In this document: positions 18,839-27,053 of the stretch, one piece after another
Layout: every line of letters begins with the position of its first letter
Position numbering within the stretch: position 1 is the stretch's first letter
Source of the DNA: an uncultured bacterium
Lineage (GTDB): Bacteria; Acidobacteriota; DATKUA01
Assembly (NCBI GenBank): GCA_965602675.1
Contig: CBFCZO010000003.1
Coordinates: forward strand, 12,372 to 76,371
DNA length: 64,000 bases
Direction of reading: 5' to 3'
The notes under the pieces: generated by a model
Databases searched by the model: none
Told to the model about the DNA's origin: nothing
Seen by the model: only the letters and a program-made list of their open reading frames with translations
Made by a program: the position numbers and the translations under genes

Positions 18839-19192
18839 TCAGCGCAGGTGGCGGATAAACGAGCCGCTGATCCAGCCCTCCACTCCGCCCCCCTTTACTT
18901 TGTACCAAGTGACTCCGTTGTAAATGGCTGTGCCAAGAACCTTGGCCGGTGTCCCCGCCTCAACGGTTCCGACAATCTTCCGCTTGTAGTAGCTGTCCCA
19001 GAGATTTAGCGGCTTAATCTTTTCTCCGCCCGTGAAAAATAACTGTTCATCGGCTGACGCCTCGTCAAGAAAAAGCTCGACGCCGCATTTCGGGCATTTG
19101 CCCCCGAATCCGCCATGCTTCGAGTCGCGATAAAGGCGCGTGTAGGTGTGGCAGCGACTGCAATAATAGCCTCTGAACTCGCGCGATTCCAT
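18839..19192 (-). CDS. zinc-ribbon plus SH3b-like domain protein
   Basis: 117 aa. CSRC..(17)..CPKC forms a four-Cys ribbon. The C-terminus GTVEAGTPAKVLGTAIYNGVTWYKVKGGGVEGWISGSFI resembles a bacterial SH3 domain. Confidence 0.55.
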   Translation of the reverse strand: MESREFRGYYCSRCHTYTRLYRDSKHGGFGGKCPKCGVELFLDEASADEQLFFTGGEKIKPLNLWDSYYKRKIVGTVEAGTPAKVLGTAIYNGVTWYKVKGGGVEGWISGSFIRHLR

Positions 19193-19340
19193 TCGTTCCT
19201 AGGCTCCCGCCGTTTACGTGCCGCGATATCAAAGTATATCATGAGGAAACCACCGAGAGAGAACGGGGGCACTTGCCCGGCTTTGCCTGTGGCGCTACTA
19301 TCAGCACTTCGGCCGTTGCACCGGCTGAGGAAAGGCTTAC

Positions 19341-20948
19341 ATGAGCAAAAAAAAGAAGAAAAACAACGGAGTCGCGGCCGCATATGCACAATGGCGCAAG
19401 TCTCTTGGCGACCGCGAGGTCAGTCCTGATGAGGCCAAGGAAGCTGCTCAAAAGATACGCGAATTCGGTCTGGAGGCCTATCAGCTCATCATAGATAAAT
19501 TGAAGAGTGCCCCGCCGGAAGAGCTTTGTCAGATCCTCGCCGTGGCGGCCCAGCTCGATAATCCAGAAATTGAAGAAGGCTTGCTGGAGGTCATAGAGAA
19601 AAGGGCCGTTCCGTTGGCGATGAAACTCAAGTGTTTCGAGGTTATGACGGATCTGGGATTCTCGCTCGAAAGCGGGCTTCTGCAGCAACTCCAGGAAGTG
19701 GAAGAGATTTACTATCAGCTCGGCACTCATCTCGGCAAGGGCGGTGAGGAAGCCGTGGAGCACAGCTTGTCGCTGGCCGACGACCTGATGGCGATGCCGC
19801 TCGGTCTCAAGCTGTCGTTTCTTCGCCAGGTAAGAGACGAATGGAGTGAGAATGCGATTCCGTTTGCCTCAGCTCTTGCATGTGGTGATCCTGAGGTCGA
19901 TCAACTAGTCCTCGAGATCATTGGCGCTGCAGAGAGCCCAGAGGCGATAGAGGCGCTGAACCACATTGCGGAAAACGGGACCAAGGAAGCTGCGAAGACG
20001 GCGCGCAAGGCGCTCTACAAGCTTCGCCAGAAAGGTCTGGTGACAATCGCCGAGGGAACCGATGAGCCGGAAACTCCATGGACGGAAGCCGGCGAGCAGG
20101 CTTTTGCCAGCAATATCGACACGTTTGGATCCCGCCTGCTGTTGCTTACGGTAACGGGATTGAGGGAGATCCTGGTGTGCCAGGGTTCGGTTGAGGAAGA
20201 CCGCGGATTGTTACGCTTCTCGGCAGCGGAGATGCAGCGCAAGGCCTGCCGCACCTTTCTTAAAGAATTGCGAGGGCAGATAGAGTCTGACAGATATTCA
20301 TCGCTGGTCGAGATAGATCCCTGCCACTGCCGCTGGTTGCTGGAACAGGCATATTTGCGCGCCCGGAAGACCGGTACTCTTATCCCCGAAAGTTATAAAA
20401 GCCTCCGTTACCGTCTGAAGGCGCCGGAGCAGTACGATCCTGGAGTGTTCATCCGCAAGCTCGTGGACGTAAGTGAGGATGATATTCGGCGCGTGACTGC
20501 CAGGTTAGAGGAGATATTCTCCGTTCCCGAAGTGGCCATTTGGATGATCGACAAGGAAGCGCTGATTCCATTTGCCCGCCGCTATGTGGAAATGGCCGAG
20601 AGCAAACTCGTGATCAACGGGCAGCAGAGGCAGGCGCGCCTAGAGGATGCTCTGACGGATTTCACTGCGGAATATTTTAGCGAGGAGAACGGTCGACTGG
20701 GTTTGATGGCCAGGCGCCTTGAGGAGACGGGATATTTGCTTTCGCTCCAGGGCAAAACCAAAGAGGCACGGATTCTGGCAGCGTTGGCGATCGACGTATC
20801 CGGCAGCAGCTTCCTCAAGCCGCATGAGTTCCTGCGTCAATTCATGCTCCGATCCATCGTCGGCACATTGCATGCGTTACAAGAAGAACAGAAGAAAGCA
20901 CAGCACGGCGGTTCGGACCATCGGATTGTCAAGCCCGGGGAGGAGTGA
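19341..20948 (+). CDS. hypothetical alpha-helical protein
   Basis: 535-aa ORF with ATG preceded by GAGGAAAGG. The N-terminus is a Lys run (MSKKKKKNN). No signal peptide and no recognisable catalytic motif. Confidence 0.55.
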   Translation: MSKKKKKNNGVAAAYAQWRKSLGDREVSPDEAKEAAQKIREFGLEAYQLIIDKLKSAPPEELCQILAVAAQLDNPEIEEGLLEVIEKRAVPLAMKLKCFEVMTDLGFSLESGLLQQLQEVEEIYYQLGTHLGKGGEEAVEHSLSLADDLMAMPLGLKLSFLRQVRDEWSENAIPFASALACGDPEVDQLVLEIIGAAESPEAIEALNHIAENGTKEAAKTARKALYKLRQKGLVTIAEGTDEPETPWTEAGEQAFASNIDTFGSRLLLLTVTGLREILVCQGSVEEDRGLLRFSAAEMQRKACRTFLKELRGQIESDRYSSLVEIDPCHCRWLLEQAYLRARKTGTLIPESYKSLRYRLKAPEQYDPGVFIRKLVDVSEDDIRRVTARLEEIFSVPEVAIWMIDKEALIPFARRYVEMAESKLVINGQQRQARLEDALTDFTAEYFSEENGRLGLMARRLEETGYLLSLQGKTKEARILAALAIDVSGSSFLKPHEFLRQFMLRSIVGTLHALQEEQKKAQHGGSDHRIVKPGEE

Positions 20949-22405
20949 TTGCCCCCATGCGTGCGCTGGGCACATTGTCTGCAGTTCTGATATTGCTGGC
21001 GGGATCAGGCTTCTTAGATCCCGCGTTGGACGATAGGCCCCTCTATGGCGGTGCCATTCTTAGAATAGCGAAATCCACAGCCAATCCCGTTGCCCTCACT
21101 TTGGTCCGGACAGTGCTCGAGCGCGAGATCGCTGCTCTTGATCACATCCGCCTGCTTGAACTGGACGGCGATGGTAACTTGAAGCCGGAAGCTCTGGAGA
21201 GCTGGAGTTATTCGGAAAGCCGGCTTACTCTAAGCCTTCGACTCAGGACTGATATACGCGACATTTCGGGAAAAGCCCTGACGGCTGGGAAAATGGCCGA
21301 GTCGTTGCATCGGCTTCTGCGCGAGAACCACGGCTCACCTGCGGCAGGCTTGCTTCTGGACATCGAGGGCGTGGAGGACTACGTCAGTGGTGATTCGGAG
21401 ATGATCAGCGGCGTTGCGGTTGAGGATGCTTCCAACATGTCCCTTTTACTTGCCCGCCCCCAGCCGCTCCTGCTGTATGCTCTCGCTGATATCAATCTGG
21501 CCCCCGCCCACCGGCTTAATGAGAGTTCGGGATGGGGTCCCTTCATAATCACCGAAGCAGGCCGCTATGAACCTGATTTGAGCTTTGTGAGGGGGCGGCC
21601 CTTTCTTGATCACTTGTTCATCGGCGGCAGCCCTAAAATCGGCGACGACTGGCGCCGCCGCGTTTTGACGCGGGTGGGCTATCGACCGACGGATGTCTCT
21701 GATGACGCAACCAGGATCGACTACCCCGGCCGGCGGTGCGTTTATCTCGCCGTGAACCGCCGCGGCTCAAGCGGACCTTTAAGGCTGCTGGACGCGCGGT
21801 CGGATACTCTCAGCGAGGTGGATGCGGAGAGTCTTGTAAGCATTTTCCTGGGCACCAAGGCCGAGCTGCTGGAACACGTCGTTCCGCCGGGGGCGCTGCC
21901 CGGAGGGGCGTTCGGCTGGCAGGCAAGACCCGGTAACGGGATTAAACCGTTGGGAAGGCTGGTGATCGGTTTTCCTTACGGATCTGAAGAGCTGGAACTC
22001 GTCGCGGGCAGGGTGCGGGTGGATCTTCTTGTTTCAGGTATTAGTGCCGATGTAATTCCCTACAGCGGCGACAACGCAGGCAACTGCGATTTGCTCTTGG
22101 TGGAGGCGTTGATCCCCGACGGCAGCGCAGCTTATTCGTTCTGGTGCCTACTGTGCGAGCTGTCATCGCAGACCGGCGACGAAGTCTGGCTGCGCAGGCC
22201 TGCCGGAGACGATGTCTCCTGGCTGGTTGATTTGGAGCAATCATTGCTTTCCGAAGCCATGTTCTTACCTCTGTACCACACGGCGCATTTCGTCTGGGCG
22301 GATCCGCAAATCCGAGGCTTGCGCTTTCGTCCCGACGGCACCCTGGACTATGAAAACGCCTGGATTTCGGAGGAACCCGAGAGCTCAAGGGAGGCACGCC
22401 GTTGA
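20945..22405 (+). CDS. periplasmic solute-binding-protein family 5-like protein
   Basis: GTGA overlap with the upstream gene (alternative in-frame ATG at 20957). Signal peptide MRALGTLSAVLILLAGSG. PLYGGAILRIA and WSYSESRLTLSLRLRTDIRD..GKALTA resemble the N-terminal lobe of peptide/nickel SBPs. Confidence 0.5.
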   Translation: MIAPMRALGTLSAVLILLAGSGFLDPALDDRPLYGGAILRIAKSTANPVALTLVRTVLEREIAALDHIRLLELDGDGNLKPEALESWSYSESRLTLSLRLRTDIRDISGKALTAGKMAESLHRLLRENHGSPAAGLLLDIEGVEDYVSGDSEMISGVAVEDASNMSLLLARPQPLLLYALADINLAPAHRLNESSGWGPFIITEAGRYEPDLSFVRGRPFLDHLFIGGSPKIGDDWRRRVLTRVGYRPTDVSDDATRIDYPGRRCVYLAVNRRGSSGPLRLLDARSDTLSEVDAESLVSIFLGTKAELLEHVVPPGALPGGAFGWQARPGNGIKPLGRLVIGFPYGSEELELVAGRVRVDLLVSGISADVIPYSGDNAGNCDLLLVEALIPDGSAAYSFWCLLCELSSQTGDEVWLRRPAGDDVSWLVDLEQSLLSEAMFLPLYHTAHFVWADPQIRGLRFRPDGTLDYENAWISEEPESSREARR

Positions 22406-24174
22406 CTATCCGCACCAGGCTGTCGCTCTGGTTCACCGTCGCGGCGTTGCTGCCCGCGGTCATCCTGGTGCTTTTCTCCGTTAGCGAAGCCGGCAGGCGT
22501 TTCCGCAGCCGGGCTATCGAAGAATTGAGACAGGCGCAAGAGAGCGGTGAGCGCGAATTGGGGCAGTTCGGTGACGAGATTGCCGGTACGCTCGAGCGGG
22601 CGGTCGACAGCCCGATCGTCGAACAATTCTTACTTGAGGTGAACGGAGCCGGCGAGCAAGTCCCGAATCTCTTTCTTGCAGCTCAGGAGATCAATTCGGA
22701 GCTCGGATTGGGATTGGATTTCCTGGATTTTATACGCGATGACGGCACGGTCCTGAGCAGTCTTCAGTGGAAAGAATTTGCCGGGCACAGGGATTTGTAC
22801 TGGGGTCAAATCACTGGGGCGCGTGACGGCGGAGTGATTGTCGGCCCGGTGCGCGTCGGCGAACGCGACAGGCTTGCATTGCGTGTCGTCCATCGCCGCA
22901 GCGGGATAACTGTGGTCGGCGGGGTGGAGGTCAATCAGAAGCTGCTCTCCCGCTTCTACACCGGCGCGCGGGGTCTCGTCTACCTGATAGACAGGGTGAA
23001 CGACAGAGTGCTGAGCGAAGGCCTGACGGACAGCGAGCGGCGCATGGCCGGGGAATTGGCTCGCCGTATAGCTTCCGACAGCGCGGTGCTCGGAGGAGAG
23101 GCCCCTAAGGGACGCTGGTCGCTCTCCTCGGGCGAGTATTTCGTTGGCGCGGTTCCGCTCGCTCAAGGCAGGGGCGAGGCGGTCGGCGCAGTGCTCTTTC
23201 TCTACCCTACGGGAGAGCTGGACGAGGCCGTAGCGGGCTTGCTCACCACATTCAGTCTGGCCGCGGCAGTGGGTGTCGGCCTCGCGCTGATACTGGGCTT
23301 CCTCGTTTCTCGGAACGTGGCCAAGCCGTTGAGGCAGCTGATTAATGGTTTTGAGCTTGTGGCATTGGGCGACTTTTCGGTGCGGTTGCGGCGTGGCCGC
23401 AGGCGCGACGAGATTGCAGGCCTGTTCGAGGAATTCAACGGCATGGCGGAGGACCTGGCCGAGCTGCGCGAGCGGCTGATGCGTACCGAAAGGGTGGCTG
23501 CGTGGCAGGAGGTAGCGCGCAAGGTCGCACACGAGATCAAGAATCCGCTCTCGCCGATCCAACTATCGATTGAGACACTGCAGAAAGCACGCGAGCGACG
23601 CCATCCCGAGTTCGAGTCCATATTCAGCGAGTCCACGGAGACCATCCTCGAAGAGGTGGAAAAAATCCGCCGCATCGTACAGGAGTTCTCCGATTTTGCA
23701 CGCATGCCGGAACCCGAATTCCGGCCCACTGATCTGCGCGAAGTGTTCGAGAAGGTCTTGCGCCTGCTTACCCCGCGGATGGGCGGTATTGAGGTGGAAA
23801 AGCAGTTCGAATCCCTTCCCCCCATCAGCGTGGACGAGGATCAGATCGCCGGCCTGTTAACCAACCTGGTGCTCAACGCGATTGAGGCCATGGAGGGTGG
23901 TGGCAGGTTGATGTTAAAGCTGGAGTGGGCGAGGCAGCGCGCCCGCCGGGGGCGTTGGGTCCGGATGCTGGTGGCGGATAGCGGTTCCGGGATGAGCGAG
24001 AGCGTACGCCGGTCTATCTTCGCACCCTATTTCACGACAAAGCCGGAGGGAACAGGCTTGGGGCTTGTAATCGCGCAGCGGATCGCCGAGCAACATCGTG
24101 GACGAATCTCTGTCGAAAGCGAGGAAGGCGGGGGCACGGTTGTCGAGGTCCTACTGCCGGAGAAGCGAGCGTGA
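22402..24174 (+). CDS. sensor histidine kinase (extracytoplasmic sensor, HAMP, HisKA, HATPase_c), NtrY/AtoS-like
   Basis: TTGA overlap with the upstream gene. Two TM helices flank a periplasmic domain of about 250 aa. The H-box is HEIKNPLSPIQLSIETL. N, G1 and G2 boxes are LVLNAIEAM, DSGSGM and GTGLGL. Confidence 0.85.
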   Translation: MTIRTRLSLWFTVAALLPAVILVLFSVSEAGRRFRSRAIEELRQAQESGERELGQFGDEIAGTLERAVDSPIVEQFLLEVNGAGEQVPNLFLAAQEINSELGLGLDFLDFIRDDGTVLSSLQWKEFAGHRDLYWGQITGARDGGVIVGPVRVGERDRLALRVVHRRSGITVVGGVEVNQKLLSRFYTGARGLVYLIDRVNDRVLSEGLTDSERRMAGELARRIASDSAVLGGEAPKGRWSLSSGEYFVGAVPLAQGRGEAVGAVLFLYPTGELDEAVAGLLTTFSLAAAVGVGLALILGFLVSRNVAKPLRQLINGFELVALGDFSVRLRRGRRRDEIAGLFEEFNGMAEDLAELRERLMRTERVAAWQEVARKVAHEIKNPLSPIQLSIETLQKARERRHPEFESIFSESTETILEEVEKIRRIVQEFSDFARMPEPEFRPTDLREVFEKVLRLLTPRMGGIEVEKQFESLPPISVDEDQIAGLLTNLVLNAIEAMEGGGRLMLKLEWARQRARRGRWVRMLVADSGSGMSESVRRSIFAPYFTTKPEGTGLGLVIAQRIAEQHRGRISVESEEGGGTVVEVLLPEKRA

Positions 24175-24231
24175 GAGCTATGTTTTCCTTCCTGTCAATT
24201 ACCATATTTATGGTGTAGCGAATAGATAAAT

Positions 24232-24259
24232 AGGCGGCGCCCCTGACGGAGCGCCGCCT
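24232..24259. terminator. GC-rich hairpin between convergent genes (probable terminator, better for the minus-strand gene)
   Basis: A 9-bp stem AGGCGGCGC (24232-24240) pairs with GCGCCGCCT (24251-24259) around a 10-nt loop. On the minus strand it is followed by ATTTATCTATT. The plus-strand side lacks a U-run. Confidence 0.45.
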
Positions 24260-24278
24260 CTGTCTCGCTAGGGAGATT

Positions 24279-25547
24279 CTAGAAGCTGTAAGTGAATCCC
24301 ATGCCGATGATGAGGGCATGCGATTCGTAGGTCGCCGGGAACAGCGAAAATGTCGATGTGTGGTCGTTGAACATGAGGTATTGCAGCGCGAAGTCGAAAG
24401 CGACCCGCCCCCAGCAGCAAGATTCAACCGTATCGTAACCGATACCGAAAGTGAGTTCGTTGCGGTCTGCGTCGGGCAGCAACGGCTTGAGCGTGGCATC
24501 GGGGATCGCACCCTGATCGTAGATGTAACCTGCGCGCAACGCCCAGAACGGATCGAGCATGTACTCGCCGCCTACCCTGAACGTAAAGGCGTCTTCCCAG
24601 TCGCTCGGGTCGACCGCGTCCAGCATATCGTTGTCGAGATCGAACTCTAGCGTCTCGAAGCTGCTCCAGCCGGTCCACTGAAGGTCGACCTGCATTTTGA
24701 ATCTCTCCGCGGGCTTGAACGCAGTGCCAACGACGAAGATCTGCGGCATCTTGATCGTCGTGCGGGCAGTCTGATCGTAAAAGATCGCGTCGATAGTGCC
24801 ATCGACCAGCGCGATGCCGGTTCTCACAGGCGTGAAGTCGACGTCGCCCTCGTAGTCGATGCTGATCTCCGATTTGTAGGAGAAGCCGATGTTGAATTTC
24901 GGGCTGAATTTATAGAGCAAGCCCAGGTTGACGCCGTAGCCACTGCCTGTAGCATCCAATACAGTGTCGACGCCGACTGCCAGCGGCGGCAGAAGAGGCG
25001 AGATCGGTATCACAGCCAAGGAGTTGCGTGACAACTCGACCTTACTGCGGACGATATCAATGCCGGCTCCGATCGAGAGTTGATCGTTCACCTTGTAGGC
25101 GATGGTCGGCTGGAAATAGTAGGAGCGTATTGCCGTGTGGTAGGAGAGCTGATTTCCGATCCAGCCAGCTGACCAGTCGCTGCTTAGGCCGAACGGTACA
25201 AAGAAGCCGAATCCGACAGCTATCTTGTCCGTCAGTTTCTTCGATAAAAATACGGTCGCTGGAAAAAGCGTATCGGTTGTGCCATCAATACTGGTGCCCA
25301 TGATTTTAGCGGTGGTACTGGCGCTCACCGGGTGCATACCGATGTGAATATGCGTGCCCTCAAGGAAGGCAATACCAGCCGGATTATAGAAGACAGCCGT
25401 TACGTCATCGGCACGCCCGACAAAAGCTCCGGCCATTGCGGTCGCCTTGGCGCCATGCTCGTAGTAACCGAATCCCGACGCGAATAACGAAGCCGGCACC
25501 AGCAGCGCTATCGCCAGGGAAAGAGTGATGATATACCTGTTTCGCAT
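24279..25547 (-). CDS. outer-membrane transport protein, OMPP1/FadL/TodX family
   Basis: Signal peptide MRNRYIITLSLAIALLVPASLFA, then GFGYYEHGAKATAMAGAFV, typical of the FadL N-terminus. Alternating beta-strand pattern with a C-terminal aromatic residue (GFTYSF). GAGAGG SD 7 nt before the ATG. Confidence 0.8.
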   Translation of the reverse strand: MRNRYIITLSLAIALLVPASLFASGFGYYEHGAKATAMAGAFVGRADDVTAVFYNPAGIAFLEGTHIHIGMHPVSASTTAKIMGTSIDGTTDTLFPATVFLSKKLTDKIAVGFGFFVPFGLSSDWSAGWIGNQLSYHTAIRSYYFQPTIAYKVNDQLSIGAGIDIVRSKVELSRNSLAVIPISPLLPPLAVGVDTVLDATGSGYGVNLGLLYKFSPKFNIGFSYKSEISIDYEGDVDFTPVRTGIALVDGTIDAIFYDQTARTTIKMPQIFVVGTAFKPAERFKMQVDLQWTGWSSFETLEFDLDNDMLDAVDPSDWEDAFTFRVGGEYMLDPFWALRAGYIYDQGAIPDATLKPLLPDADRNELTFGIGYDTVESCCWGRVAFDFALQYLMFNDHTSTFSLFPATYESHALIIGMGFTYSF

Positions 25548-25690
25548 GCGTAAACCTCTCAGACTCCCTTTTCGCCCCCCTGCGGGACGATAGTTTAGAT
25601 GAACAACATCCATTAGTATTTGATTGCCAAGTATAGCGGCGCTTTAATTATGCTGTAAAACGTTTTTTACTCGTTCTTTACACAGGTGAT

Positions 25691-26308
25691 TCAATCGGTT
25701 CCCGCCAGACTCAGGAGTTTTTCTTTCATGTCTTTGGAAATCGGCTTCTTGCCGATGTATATTGCCAGCAGCGCGTCGCCCAGGATGCGGTTGTTGATGT
25801 TCAGCAATTCCTCATCGTTGCCGGTCAGCTTGATCGTGCCGTCCGCCTCGAGGATCATCTCGGCGACATCGCCTTTTTTAATGTCCTGCATCGCATCGAG
25901 GAAGCTCTTGGCGTCGGCGGCGATCCGCTCGTCGCTTAACTTGATCGTTTTCTCGACGCCTTCGCGGATGGCTCCCTGCATCCTGCCCTTGCTCACGTCG
26001 CGGACGAACTTGAGCACGATTACTCTGTTACCTTCGCAGGAGATGACAGCCTCCGACAGCCTGTCAATTGATGAGCCGCCTCCCAGTTCGGCTAGTTTGG
26101 CATCGACCGCCTGCTTATCGGCGTAAACGCCAACGCCGTAAACCTTAAACCAGAGTTTCTTTCTCGCTGCGACGCCGTACAGCTTTACCGGCGGGTCGCC
26201 CCATGTCTTGGAAAATGTTGTTTTGGTTGTCGGTTCCGTGACCGTGTCCTCGTCGCCGAGCGGAACGGTTAGAGCCAGGGCTATTGCGAACACAGCTAAA
26301 CCAGTCAT
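25691..26308 (-). CDS. secreted chalcone-isomerase-like (CHI-fold) protein
   Basis: Signal peptide MTGLAVFAIALALTV. LYGVAARKKLWFKVYGVGVYAD and VLKFVRDVSKGRM match my recollection of the bacterial Chalcone_3/CHI-like family. Start is set at ATG 26308. The track ORF extends to GTG 26365 through the G-tract. Confidence 0.6.
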   Translation of the reverse strand: MTGLAVFAIALALTVPLGDEDTVTEPTTKTTFSKTWGDPPVKLYGVAARKKLWFKVYGVGVYADKQAVDAKLAELGGGSSIDRLSEAVISCEGNRVIVLKFVRDVSKGRMQGAIREGVEKTIKLSDERIAADAKSFLDAMQDIKKGDVAEMILEADGTIKLTGNDEELLNINNRILGDALLAIYIGKKPISKDMKEKLLSLAGTD

Positions 26309-26313
26309 TATAT

Positions 26314-26327
26314 CCCCCCCCCCCCCC
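26314..26327 (-). repeat. homopolymeric tract, 14 x C on plus strand (G14 on the coding strand)
   Basis: Direct count gives 7 C at 26314-26320 plus 7 C at 26321-26327. On the minus strand this reads G14-ATATA-ATG(26308). Confidence 0.95.
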
Positions 26328-26425
26328 AGAAGCTGAATTATTCTGAGACTGGGAGACTCTAACACAGGCTGAGGCGGCGCTCAAGCACGGAGTAATATCG
26401 GGGGAGATGTCGGAGGGAGGCGATA

Positions 26426-26902
26426 TTACAACTTCAACTCGCCGTGGAATCCGAATCGGACCGAGTTATCGACCAGGACGATCCTGCTCGGCCTAAAGCG
26501 GTAGAAGCGCACCGAGGAGACCTTTTCCTGCATTTCCGGATCCAATTGCAGTTCCTGCCTGAAAAAAACTTCCGTGAACGGGTAGCGCGAGAAGTAGCGC
26601 TTTTGGGCCTTTTCCAGGTCTGGGCCGTCGGCTAAAATCTCCGCTTTTCCGATCATCTGCAGGCCCTTGATTTCGTTCCAATCGGATGAGCTGGCATGGA
26701 TGGCACCGGCGAGCTCGCCGTCCGCGTCTATCGCCCTGCCGTGCCGTGACGAGGGATTGGTGACGAAATAAAGATCGTTGCCTTCCTGTGCGTAATAGAC
26801 CGGAGCGGCCCACGGTCCGCCGGAATCGCTGGTGGAGAGGGTTATCACGTGCTGTTGCGACAGCAGTTCATCTATCTTTTTGCGCAGATCTTTGTCTTCC
26901 AT
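26426..26902 (-). CDS. pyridoxamine 5'-phosphate oxidase family (split-barrel flavin-binding) protein
   Basis: HVITLSTSDSGGPWAAPVYYAQEGNDLYFVTNPSSRHG is the typical PNPOx-like N-terminal pattern. Start is set at the ATG of MEDKDLRK. Confidence 0.75.
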   Translation of the reverse strand: MEDKDLRKKIDELLSQQHVITLSTSDSGGPWAAPVYYAQEGNDLYFVTNPSSRHGRAIDADGELAGAIHASSSDWNEIKGLQMIGKAEILADGPDLEKAQKRYFSRYPFTEVFFRQELQLDPEMQEKVSSVRFYRFRPSRIVLVDNSVRFGFHGELKL

Positions 26903-27053
26903 CAGCGTGCTCCTGCTTCTGCAGTAATGATTACGATTCAAAACGGCATCAGCTTCCTGAAATCAAGATATGTTCCGCCGAGTGATGAGTGGGATGCAAC
27001 CTGTTATTTGGATTTTTCTACCCGCAGGCGTGACAAGCAATCGCTGCCGGGAG

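Noticed and set aside
19267-19283. Sigma-54-like element GGGCAC-N7-GGC upstream of the sensory module
   Set aside because: The GG-N10-GC spacing fits, but the -24 box lacks the leading T. The -12 box reads CGGCT rather than TTGCW, so the conserved T before GC is missing. This is too weak to call without comparative data.
19347-19354. A8 run in codons 3-5 of the 535-aa gene as a slippage or frameshift site
   Set aside because: It simply encodes a Lys run (MSKKKKKNN). No alternative frame continues productively and there is no downstream stimulatory structure.
22630-23562. 310-aa minus-strand ORF antisense to the histidine kinase
   Set aside because: It is a shadow ORF. The plus-strand product contains complete HAMP, H-box, N, G1 and G2 motifs.
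26393-26428. TAATATCG-N20-CGATATTA inverted repeat overlapping the PNPOx-gene stop codon, considered as a terminator
   Set aside because: The stem is AU-rich with a 20-nt loop and no following U-run. Its stability is too low to call.
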